A stretch of 64,000 nucleotides of DNA from Nitrospinota bacterium. GTDB lineage: Bacteria > Nitrospinota_A > UBA7883 > JACRGQ01. Shown piece by piece: positions 20,281 through 29,978 of the stretch. The notes under the pieces are model-generated. The model made no database searches. It was given only the letters and a program-made list of their open reading frames with translations, and was not told where the DNA came from. How positions within the stretch are numbered: the stretch's first letter is position 1; each line of letters opens with the position of its first letter. Position numbers and translations under genes: made by a program. The DNA lies in contig JACRGQ010000059.1 in NCBI GenBank assembly GCA_016217735.1, forward strand, positions 5,208-69,207, written 5' to 3'.

Positions 20281-21288
20281 TTAACAGGTCTTAACGATAC
20301 GCCGTAGAAATTCCTCAAATGTTACACACCGATTAGGGGGAATTGCTGCTGCAATCCAGTTTTTCCCTCGGCCCGGTTTAATTGTCCCGTCCTTTTTTAA
20401 TGGCACCTTAAGATAAACTGGCTCATCCAAAAAGAAATAAGTATATTCTTTCGCTCCTTTATCCTTCTTTACTCCATCCATCCAACGCTCAACACACTCT
20501 GGAGCCTTATTCCCCTTTTCTTCTGCAAAACGCATTAAATCAGTTTTAAATTGACCAATATTTCGGGGAGCGACTGTTAATATTCCCAATATGCGTGCGA
20601 CACAGGGTATTCCCTCACCCTTTTCCTGCTTTGCGCTCCTTGTAAAATGAGGTGCAAAATATTGTGGATTTCCAAAAATAACATTTCTTCGATAAACCAA
20701 ACACTCATAGAACTTACGAACTTCTTCGGCTCTTCCCAAGTCTTGAACTAATATCTCTTTGCGCGACCTCATTGCAAATCCTCTCAATGCAAAACGAAAA
20801 AAATTTCCTGCTATTTGATTGTCCCAAAATGATTTTTCATCAAATGCACTTAAAACGTCACTCCATGTTAAGTCAACCACTCGAATATTCCCGGACGAGG
20901 ACTTGCGGGAACTGTTTTCCTGAGCAATAAAACATAGGATTCTATGTTTAGCATCTTTTTCGAAAGCAGATAAATATTGGGTTTTTTGCTTGCCAATACG
21001 ATTCTTCCTTACCTTACACTCAATAATTACTTGAAATGTTTTTTTTCGGTAAATATTTATATCTATTCTTCCCTCCTTTACGACCTTTTCAGTAGAAATT
21101 TCGACCTGTTGAAAATTACCTAAGTTGAACTTAACCTTCAAGCCGATAAAGCGTAAAAACTTATACAGAAACTTCGGCTCATGCCCTAATGTATACGCAA
21201 AAGCTTTAGATAAACCAACCTCATCGCTTCCCAAGAGATCAAAATTCGTTAAATGCGAACGATCGTAGCCAGCATTTTTTATGATCAT
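20281..21288 (-). CDS. hypothetical protein with N-terminal PD-(D/E)xK nuclease-like motif, in an AT-rich single-gene insertion
   Basis: A Glu, then GRIDINIY (Asp), then QVIIECKV (E-x-K) matches the restriction-endonuclease-like core. Strongly AT-rich relative to flanks. Confidence 0.55.
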   Translation of the reverse strand: MIIKNAGYDRSHLTNFDLLGSDEVGLSKAFAYTLGHEPKFLYKFLRFIGLKVKFNLGNFQQVEISTEKVVKEGRIDINIYRKKTFQVIIECKVRKNRIGKQKTQYLSAFEKDAKHRILCFIAQENSSRKSSSGNIRVVDLTWSDVLSAFDEKSFWDNQIAGNFFRFALRGFAMRSRKEILVQDLGRAEEVRKFYECLVYRRNVIFGNPQYFAPHFTRSAKQEKGEGIPCVARILGILTVAPRNIGQFKTDLMRFAEEKGNKAPECVERWMDGVKKDKGAKEYTYFFLDEPVYLKVPLKKDGTIKPGRGKNWIAAAIPPNRCVTFEEFLRRIVKTC

Positions 21289-21328
21289 CCAGTATTTCCT
21301 TAATGGCCACTATTCAAGCCCTTGCCTA

Positions 21329-22606
<1,278 letters not shown>

Positions 22607-22615
22607 GGGGATTCC

Positions 22616-23488
22616 TCACTGTTTTTTCGGGTTCAAATATTTGCCGATGATAGGCTTCAGCGCCAGCTTGGTCTTCGGCGGTATTTTTTTCGGATCGGTC
22701 ATTATGGTGTGGGCCAGCATGTGATTGCACCCGGCGGGGCAATCGGCGGCATCATCGATTTCGGCCACCGCTTCCTTGATGATCTTTTGCGACATCTCCA
22801 CGTTCTTGTGGATGATCTCCAGGATGGCGGCGGTGCTCACCTCCTCATGCCCTTCGTACCAGCAGTCGTAATCGGTGGACAGGGCGATGGTGACGTAGCA
22901 GATTTCCGCTTCGCGGGCCAGCTTCGCCTCGTTGAGATTGGTCATGCCGATGACGGACGCGCCCCACGAGCGGTACATGCGCGATTCGGCGCGGGTGGAG
23001 AACTGCGGCCCCTCCATATTCACATAGGCGCCGCCCACATGGGTGACGGCGCCGGCGCGTTTGGCCGCCGCGGAGGTCACGCCTATGAGGTGTTTGCAAA
23101 CGGGGTCGGCGAACGAGACGTGGGCCACCACGCCGTTGCCGAAGAATGTGCTGGCGCGGGCGAACGTGCGGTCGATGAACTGGTCGGGGAAAACGATGTG
23201 GCCCGGCGCGATCTCCTCCTTGAGGGAGCCGACGGCGGAGACGGAGAGGATTTTTTTCACCCCCAGCGTTTTGAAGCCGTAAATGTTGGCGCGGAAGTTC
23301 AGCTCACTCGGAAGTATCCGGTGGCCCCTGCCGTGGCGGGGGAGGAAAATAAGCTCTTTGCCGTTCAGCTCGCCGAACATGTATTCGTCGGTGGGGTTGC
23401 CGAAGGGGGTTTTGAGCTTTTTGGTTTTCTTTATTTTCAGCTCTTTCATGCCGTACAGGCCGCTGCCGCCTATAACACCTATCGCCAT
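22616..23488 (-). CDS. mtnP: S-methyl-5'-thioadenosine phosphorylase
   Basis: PNP/MTAP family: MAIGVIGGSGLY, HGRGH, MTNLNEAKLAREAEI. Confidence 0.9.
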   Translation of the reverse strand: MAIGVIGGSGLYGMKELKIKKTKKLKTPFGNPTDEYMFGELNGKELIFLPRHGRGHRILPSELNFRANIYGFKTLGVKKILSVSAVGSLKEEIAPGHIVFPDQFIDRTFARASTFFGNGVVAHVSFADPVCKHLIGVTSAAAKRAGAVTHVGGAYVNMEGPQFSTRAESRMYRSWGASVIGMTNLNEAKLAREAEICYVTIALSTDYDCWYEGHEEVSTAAILEIIHKNVEMSQKIIKEAVAEIDDAADCPAGCNHMLAHTIMTDPKKIPPKTKLALKPIIGKYLNPKKQ

Positions 23489-23536
23489 GTATCGCGCTCC
23501 GTGGATGGGGGTTGTGGGGGAAAAAGAGGAGCGGGA

Positions 23537-25819
23537 CTATTCCCGCTCCGCCTTTTGGTAATCGCCGATTTTCTTTTCGATCTCGCCCAGCAGGAAGCGG
23601 AGCTCGGTGATCTGCCCGGAGGCCTTGTCGATGATCTTTTCCTCGGAGGCGAGCACCTTGATCTTGGTCTTGATGTCTTCGGCGAGGAGGTTGAGATCGT
23701 TGAGCCGCTGTTCGGTGCGGTTGATAAGCGCCATGCGGGAGTTGAGGACGTCGATTTTGGTTTCGGCCTCGCCCATGATGGAGGAGAGGGACCTGATCTT
23801 GTCCGATATTTCGCCGAACGACTCCTGGTGCTTGGCGATCTTCCGTTCCTGCGCGCGAAGGTCTTCTATCTGCGAGGTGAGGACGAGAATGTCTTCCTGG
23901 ACTTTCTTGATGAGCGCCTCTTCCTTGCCGATCTGGTCGGCCTGGCGGGAGGTCTTTTCCATCATGTTGCCGAGCATGTTGAGCCGTTTTTCGGTCTCGA
24001 TGAGGAGTTCCTCTTCGTCGCGGACGCTTCCCAGCCGTTTTTCCAGGTCGGCCAGCCGCGCCTGGATGCCGCCCAGCTTCTCTTCGGTGCCCGCGAGCTG
24101 CTGGCTCCGGGAGGCGAGGCTGCTTATCTGGCCGTCCACCTTGTCGACCGCCGGCATGAGTTCTTCCTTGGCTTTGATGATTCCCTGCAGGAGGTTGTTC
24201 CCTTCCCGCACGTCTTCAAGCTTGCCCGACACGCTTTCCTCGATGACGACCAGCTTGCTGCCCAGCATCTGGAGGCGGCGCTCCTGGGCGTCTATGACGC
24301 TCTTCTCGCGGGTGATGTCCAGTATCTTCTCTTCCACCTGGCGGGTGATTTCGCGCAGGTCTTCCACTTTCTTGTCGAGGTTTTCGAGGAACTCGACCTT
24401 CTTGTTGATCCGGTCCACCTTCAGCGTGGCGTCTTCGATGTAGTAGTCGAGGCCGTCCAGCTTCTTCTCCAGCTTCTCGACGAGGGCCTTGCGCTGGAGC
24501 TGGTTTTCCATCTTCACATCGAGGTTGATGACGGTGGAAGAGAGGGTATTGACCTTTTTCTCCACCTGGTCGACGATGTTGCGGCGCGCCGAAAGGTCGT
24601 TCATCTGGGCGTTGAGCACTTCGTGCATGCCGCCCATCTTCTTGAGCTTCACTTCTATTTCTTCGCTGATCTTGATATCCTCGCGGAAGCGCTGGAGCTT
24701 GAGTTCGAGGTCGTCCGCCTCCTGCTGGAAGCGGGCCATTTTTTCGCGGGCGGACTCCACGGCCCCCATGTCATCCTTGAGTATCTTCATCTTGTTGCCG
24801 ATGGAATCGATGAGGAAGACGTTGAGCTTGTTGATCTTCTCCTCGGTGGCGGCCACCACGTCCTTGTCTTCGCGCACGCGGGTGACATTCACTTCCAGCT
24901 CGCTGTTCATTTCCTCAAGCTGCTTGAGCTTGGCGCCGATGCGCTTGATCATGTCTTCTTTCATCATGATGTTGCCGGTTTCCACGCGCAACGCGTTCAT
25001 GTCCTTGATCAGTTGGGCCACGTCGCGGTTCATCTGGGTCACCAGCGCGTTCTGGCGGAGCAGGTCTTCGCTGCTTGCCTGCAGGCGGCCGATGGTCTGC
25101 CCGATTTTCTCGATGTCCTGCCCGTAGCCGTCGATTTCTTCCTTCTGGCGGGCGATGCGGCCGATCTTGTCTTCCAGTTCGCGGCTGATGCCCTGCAAAC
25201 GGCCGATCTGTTCGTCCGAGGTTTTGAGCAGCCCCTTGAAGGTTTCGATGTCCTGCATCCGGTCGCCCACTTTGTCCAGCATCTCCTCGAGGCGGACGAT
25301 GCCCTTTTCGGTTTGCTTGACCAGCTTGTTCTCTTCGCCAAGCTTCTTGACCTTGGCTTCCATGTCCCAGATCAGGATGTTGAGCTTGCCGGCCTCTTCG
25401 TTGGCTTTTTCCACCACGAGCCGCTGCTGGTTCAGCGCCTTCACCTTGCTTTTCACATGTTCGGCGATCAGCGAGACCTCGTCCACCGCCATGCGGTGCT
25501 CATGCAGGCGGCCGGCGCTTTCTTCCACGCCGGAGGCGATGTCTTTCACGCGGATTTCGAGGTTGCGCAGTTCTTCGAATTTCCCCCCCATCTTGTCGGC
25601 GAATTCGCTGAAGAAGGGGATTTTGCTTTCGAGGTTCTTCATCGTGGTGACGTTCTGGTTCACCTTGTCGATGTTGTTCTGGATGTATTCGACGAGAAGG
25701 TTGAGGCTCTTGCGCTGCGCGTCGGCCTCTTTCACCAGATCGGCAAAGCGGTTAATGTCTTCCCGCGTGAGCTGCGCGTTCCCCTGCGCGGCCGTCTTTT
25801 CCTGTTCCATCGGCAACAA
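23537..25819 (-). CDS. long coiled-coil protein (about 760 aa), hypothetical
   Basis: Uninterrupted heptad-like K/E/L/I/Q-rich sequence with no recognisable enzymatic motif. The opposite-strand ORF (1047 aa) is low-complexity Ala/Gly/Val-rich and was rejected. Confidence 0.6.
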   Translation of the reverse strand: MLPMEQEKTAAQGNAQLTREDINRFADLVKEADAQRKSLNLLVEYIQNNIDKVNQNVTTMKNLESKIPFFSEFADKMGGKFEELRNLEIRVKDIASGVEESAGRLHEHRMAVDEVSLIAEHVKSKVKALNQQRLVVEKANEEAGKLNILIWDMEAKVKKLGEENKLVKQTEKGIVRLEEMLDKVGDRMQDIETFKGLLKTSDEQIGRLQGISRELEDKIGRIARQKEEIDGYGQDIEKIGQTIGRLQASSEDLLRQNALVTQMNRDVAQLIKDMNALRVETGNIMMKEDMIKRIGAKLKQLEEMNSELEVNVTRVREDKDVVAATEEKINKLNVFLIDSIGNKMKILKDDMGAVESAREKMARFQQEADDLELKLQRFREDIKISEEIEVKLKKMGGMHEVLNAQMNDLSARRNIVDQVEKKVNTLSSTVINLDVKMENQLQRKALVEKLEKKLDGLDYYIEDATLKVDRINKKVEFLENLDKKVEDLREITRQVEEKILDITREKSVIDAQERRLQMLGSKLVVIEESVSGKLEDVREGNNLLQGIIKAKEELMPAVDKVDGQISSLASRSQQLAGTEEKLGGIQARLADLEKRLGSVRDEEELLIETEKRLNMLGNMMEKTSRQADQIGKEEALIKKVQEDILVLTSQIEDLRAQERKIAKHQESFGEISDKIRSLSSIMGEAETKIDVLNSRMALINRTEQRLNDLNLLAEDIKTKIKVLASEEKIIDKASGQITELRFLLGEIEKKIGDYQKAERE

Positions 25820-25927
25820 CCTCCCTTTAACGCGAAACGGACACCGTCATAAACGCCGGCATTATACCCTCTTCGGGCGGCATTTTGGGGAAAACGCTTC
25901 CATCGGGAAGCCTTTCCCCGCTCCTCA

Positions 25928-26221
25928 TTAAATCCCGTAATCTGCTTTTACGGTAGCAAAGCAGATTTTCTTAATCAAATCAAGCACTTTTACATGCTCC
26001 GGGTGCGCCTGATACTCTTTCAGATCTTCGATATTTTCGAACACGGAGTTGAGCACGATGTCGTATGAGTTGTGCGCGTGAACAACGTCAAAGGCGACTT
26101 CCGCCTCTTTCATCAGTCCGCCCGTCGTGTGCAACAGGGCGGCGAGCTGGCGGGCCAGTTCTTTCCCTTCGGCCGCGGGAGTCCCTTCCTTCAGCTTGAA
26201 CAACACGATGTGGCGGATCAT
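25928..26221 (-). CDS. Dabb-family stress-responsive alpha/beta-barrel protein
   Basis: MIRHIVLFKLKEG...H..HP.H, about 97 aa, typical of Dabb. Confidence 0.7.
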   Translation of the reverse strand: MIRHIVLFKLKEGTPAAEGKELARQLAALLHTTGGLMKEAEVAFDVVHAHNSYDIVLNSVFENIEDLKEYQAHPEHVKVLDLIKKICFATVKADYGI

Positions 26222-26970
26222 TTCGCTCCCGCCGCGGCCCGTTTTTTCGGGATGGCGGCCTCGATCAGCTTTTTCATGCTGGCGACGGCGGCGGGAAATC
26301 CGACATACACCGATTGCGCCACGATGCTGTGGCCGATGTTCAGTTCGTCCAGCCCGTCGATGGCGGCGATGGAAGTGACGTTTTTGTAGTTCAGCCCGTG
26401 GCCGGCGTGAACGATAAGCCCCAGTTGGCGCGCCGCGTGGGCCGAGCGTTGCACGTCGCGCAGGGTTTTGACGATGTCCTTGTCGCTCACCGCCCCGCTG
26501 TAGGCGGCGGTGTTGATCTCCACCGCCACCGCGTGGGTGGCGGCGCAGGCGTCAATTTGCTTTTGGCCGGGATCGATGAAAAAAGAGAGGCCGATCCCGG
26601 CGGCGGAAAAGGTTTTGGTCAGGTCGCGGTAAAATTCGGGGCGCGCCGCCACGTCCAGCCCCCCTTCGGTGGTCAACTCCTCCCGCCGCTCCGGCACGAT
26701 GGTCACCTGTTCCGGCCGCACCTTGAGGGCGATGGCGATGATCTCGTCCGTCGCGGACATTTCGAGGTTCAGGCGGCAGCCGGGAAGCTTGCGGATGGCA
26801 AGCAGGTCGGCGTCCTGTATGTGGCGGCGGTCTTCGCGCAGGTGGACGGTGATGCAGGAGACCCCTTCCTCCAGCGCCAGCTTCGCGGCCAGCGCCGGGT
26901 CGGGGTACGCCGCGCGCCGCGCCTGCCGCAGCGTCGCCACATGGTCAACATTTACGCCCAGTTTCGCCAT
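26218..26970 (-). CDS. pdxJ: pyridoxine 5'-phosphate synthase
   Basis: LGVNVDHVATLRQAR...PDP and other PdxJ TIM-barrel blocks. ATG at 26970. Confidence 0.9.
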   Translation of the reverse strand: MAKLGVNVDHVATLRQARRAAYPDPALAAKLALEEGVSCITVHLREDRRHIQDADLLAIRKLPGCRLNLEMSATDEIIAIALKVRPEQVTIVPERREELTTEGGLDVAARPEFYRDLTKTFSAAGIGLSFFIDPGQKQIDACAATHAVAVEINTAAYSGAVSDKDIVKTLRDVQRSAHAARQLGLIVHAGHGLNYKNVTSIAAIDGLDELNIGHSIVAQSVYVGFPAAVASMKKLIEAAIPKKRAAAGAK

Positions 26971-27186
26971 AGAAAACGATTGTACCGCAATTTTGCCCTC
27001 ATGGAACACCGAAGACGCGCCAGTGCAACGCCGGGGGCCGCGCTAATAATAATGTTTCCCCATAACCCTTGATGGTTAGTTATGGTATTATTGAAACGTG
27101 TCGTATTAAGGGTGGGCCATCCGCAATAACGGATGGTGATGGGGGGCCTGCTGTGGGAGTGGCGGGTTTTTAAGGACGGGAGAGGA

Positions 27187-29331
27187 ATGCCGATGAAAGA
27201 GGTCTTCACGAAGGATATCTTCCTTCGTATGCAGGGACTGGTGTTTCTTGTTTTCCTTTTCGCGCTCGGTCTTGCCGCCGCCCTTCTGATGGCGGAACGC
27301 AAAGAACTGCGGCGGGCGGAGCAGTATCGCCTGATGGACGAAACGGCGGGACGCCTGAACAACGCCGCCGGCCTGCACGCGCTCGAACGCGGCATCGGCA
27401 ACACCATCCTCGGCACGGAATTTCCCACCCCCGCGATGATCCAACGGTTCAACGAAATCGGCGGCAAGGCCGACGTGGAAACGAACGCCGCGCTGGGGAA
27501 CTTCAAAGAACTTATGGCGACGGATTTCGACCGCGACGTGGAGCGGTTGCTGGCCGGATGGAAGCGGCGGCTGGCGGGGCTTGACGCGGCCCGGAAAAGG
27601 GTCGCCGCGCATGACATCAAGACGGAGGAATGGGTTGCCGCCGCCTCCGAAAACATCGAAACCGAGTTCCATCTGCGCGACACGATATTCGCCCCCCACG
27701 AGATCGGGGAAAAAATCATGTACTACAACATCGTGATCCGGGCCAACGTCGCCAAGTTGTGCGAATACGCCGGACGCGAGCGCGCGCTGCTGGGGGGGCT
27801 GATCGCCGCGGGCCGTCCGATCCCGCCGGAAACGGCGGAGACGTTGCGCGGCTACCGGGTCATCGTGGACGATACCGTCGGCAGGGTGTTGGGGTTGCGC
27901 CAGTTGGAGGAAACGCCGGCATCGCTTCTGGCGGCCATCGACCGTTTTGAGAGGGTCTTTTTGACCGATTACGAAAACACGCGCAAAGCGGTGTACGCCG
28001 CTTCGGCGGCGCGCGCCCCCTATCCGCTTTCAGGGGAAGCCTGGCTGGTCAAAGCCACCGAAGCCATCGATTCCGGGCTGGACATCTCGCGCGCGGTCGG
28101 CGACATATCCAGAGGCGGCGTGATGGACATCCGCAACCATGCGCTCATCCGGGCGGGACTTTACATGCTGGTGTTCCTGGCGGCATTGGCCGTCTTCGGC
28201 CTTATTCTCTGGCAAAAGGCGGCGCAAGGCAGGTTGCAGATTGAAAAGGGCGAGGCCGAAAAGGCGACGGAAATGAAAAACAAACTCCTTTCCCTGGTCG
28301 CGCACGACCTGCGCGGCGGTTTCAGCACCATCCTTTCCCTGTTGAAGCGCGTCGGGGGCGAAGCGGAATCGCCCCCCGCCGTGTACCGCGCCACCGTCTC
28401 CCGCGTCATCCTGATAGTGGAAAACCTGCTGCGCATGACCGAGGAGATACTGAGTATCAACCGCATCAAGGGCGGCCAGCTGGGGGTGAAGCGGGAATTC
28501 ATGGACGTGCGGCGCGCGGTCGATTTGGTGTTTGAGCGCGTGGCCCAACAGGCCGACGAGAAGGGCGCCACGCTGGTGAACGCCGTTCCCGCCGGCATAC
28601 GGTTCTACGCCGACCCCAATCTGATGGAGGAGGTGTTCCACAACCTGATCACCAACGCCATCAAGTTCTGCAAAAAAAACGAGGGGCGGGTGGAGGTGGG
28701 CACCCCCTTCGGCAGGAACGGCGTCGTCACCGTCAGGGACAACGGCATCGGCATTCCGGAGGCGCTGCTGGGGAAAATCTTCAAACATGAGGAGAAGACC
28801 AGCCGCGCCGGCACTTCCGGCGAACGGGGAACCGGGCTCGGCCTCCCTCTTTGCGGCGACATCATCGCCGCGCACAGCGGCACGATCGCGGCGGAATCGG
28901 CCGCGGGGGGCGGAAGCATGTTCACGATCACCCTGCCGTACCGGCGCCCGTATGCCGCCATCATGGGGGACGACGTCCAGTTCATATCCACCCTTGAAAA
29001 GTTTTTTGCCAATAATTTGAATGTGGAAGTGGTGGAGGTCGATACCCCCTACGCGCTCACAAAAACCGCATCCAGCGGCGGCTGTCCGGAATTCATCATC
29101 ATCGCCGCCCAGGCGGGCAACGCCAACATCCTGAACTTCCTCTCCGCGTTGCGCGGCATAGACGAGTATGCCCGCACCCCGCTCATCGTCGCGGGGAACG
29201 AGGCGGATGCCGCGAACAAGGCGCAGTACATCCGCGCGGGGGCCAACCACTTCCTCCAGAAACAGAACGCCGAGAAGGAGTTGCTGGTGCTGGCGAAGCG
29301 GTACATCGGCCCGCGCGACGCCGCCGCGTAA
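27187..29331 (+). CDS. hybrid sensor histidine kinase: two TM helices flanking a ~290-aa periplasmic sensor, HisKA, HATPase, and a C-terminal receiver-like domain
   Basis: H-box LVAHDLRGG. N/G1/G2 boxes (NLITNAIKF, RDNGIGI, GTGLGL). C-terminal FIIIAA...PLIVAGNEADA receiver-like fold. Confidence 0.8.
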   Translation: MPMKEVFTKDIFLRMQGLVFLVFLFALGLAAALLMAERKELRRAEQYRLMDETAGRLNNAAGLHALERGIGNTILGTEFPTPAMIQRFNEIGGKADVETNAALGNFKELMATDFDRDVERLLAGWKRRLAGLDAARKRVAAHDIKTEEWVAAASENIETEFHLRDTIFAPHEIGEKIMYYNIVIRANVAKLCEYAGRERALLGGLIAAGRPIPPETAETLRGYRVIVDDTVGRVLGLRQLEETPASLLAAIDRFERVFLTDYENTRKAVYAASAARAPYPLSGEAWLVKATEAIDSGLDISRAVGDISRGGVMDIRNHALIRAGLYMLVFLAALAVFGLILWQKAAQGRLQIEKGEAEKATEMKNKLLSLVAHDLRGGFSTILSLLKRVGGEAESPPAVYRATVSRVILIVENLLRMTEEILSINRIKGGQLGVKREFMDVRRAVDLVFERVAQQADEKGATLVNAVPAGIRFYADPNLMEEVFHNLITNAIKFCKKNEGRVEVGTPFGRNGVVTVRDNGIGIPEALLGKIFKHEEKTSRAGTSGERGTGLGLPLCGDIIAAHSGTIAAESAAGGGSMFTITLPYRRPYAAIMGDDVQFISTLEKFFANNLNVEVVEVDTPYALTKTASSGGCPEFIIIAAQAGNANILNFLSALRGIDEYARTPLIVAGNEADAANKAQYIRAGANHFLQKQNAEKELLVLAKRYIGPRDAAA

Positions 29332-29374
29332 TACCCTATTTTCCCTTCTGATTTTGTCAACCCGCTCCCAGCCT

Positions 29375-29440
29375 TGTCATCCCCGCGCAGGCGGGGATCC
29401 AGAAATATTTTCAAAGCTTTCCCTGACTTCCTGGGGCCGC
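29375..29440. mobile_element. truncated copy of the MITE family (left hairpin end plus internal AATATTTTCAAAGCTTTCCCT)
   Basis: GTCATCCCCGCGCAGGCGGGGATCC then AGAAATATTTTCAAAGCTTTCCCTGA matches the left half of the element at 38720-38872. The right half is absent. Confidence 0.5.
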
Positions 29441-29965
29441 ACTCTCTGAATCGTAGACATTCCATACTTTGTTCTCGCTTGAATTGACAACATCAATTTG
29501 AGCGAAGGGGGGCCTTGATGCGCTTAAATCGTGGCGCAATTTCTCCCAATCGAAAGTATCAAAAATCCAAAAGTTAGCATATATAACTAATGTCCATGAA
29601 CTTGTGTCAATTCCCATGTACTTTTTCTTTTTTTTATCAATTGCGTCCTTGATCCATTCAATTCCATTCTCACCTATGCCAGATAGATCATCTTCACGTG
29701 ATTGAGGGGAAAAGCCTTGTTGTGCGCGTGTTAAATCGCCTTTATATTCATCCCCTCTTTTGCGTCCTTCTTTCATCACCTCTGTAACTTCAACAGGTAT
29801 AGTTTCATTAATCAAGAAATCCGGGGGATTGGCACCTTTCACTATGCTGAAATTCTTTGACGGGAATTTTACCTTTAACCAATTTTCGACCGTCTGCCTT
29901 TCCCGGCCATCTCGACCATAATTGGAAAAAAATGCCAGCCGCTTTTTGGCTTCGTCTAAATCCAT
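29411..29965 (-). CDS. hypothetical protein (184 aa) in an AT-rich insertion; the last 9 codons are MITE-derived
   Basis: ORF with K/E/D-rich low-GC composition. The stop codon and C-terminus lie inside the truncated MITE copy. No confident family; a PD..EVTEV..K pattern is only suggestive. Confidence 0.45.
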   Translation of the reverse strand: MDLDEAKKRLAFFSNYGRDGRERQTVENWLKVKFPSKNFSIVKGANPPDFLINETIPVEVTEVMKEGRKRGDEYKGDLTRAQQGFSPQSREDDLSGIGENGIEWIKDAIDKKKKKYMGIDTSSWTLVIYANFWIFDTFDWEKLRHDLSASRPPFAQIDVVNSSENKVWNVYDSESAAPGSQGKL

Positions 29966-29978
29966 TCGGTTCGCCCCC

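Noticed and set aside
22709-25852. 1047-aa plus-strand ORF
   Set aside because: Antisense of mtnP and the coiled-coil gene. The translation is Ala/Gly/Val/Leu/Asp-rich with no domain. mtnP homology on the other strand is unambiguous.
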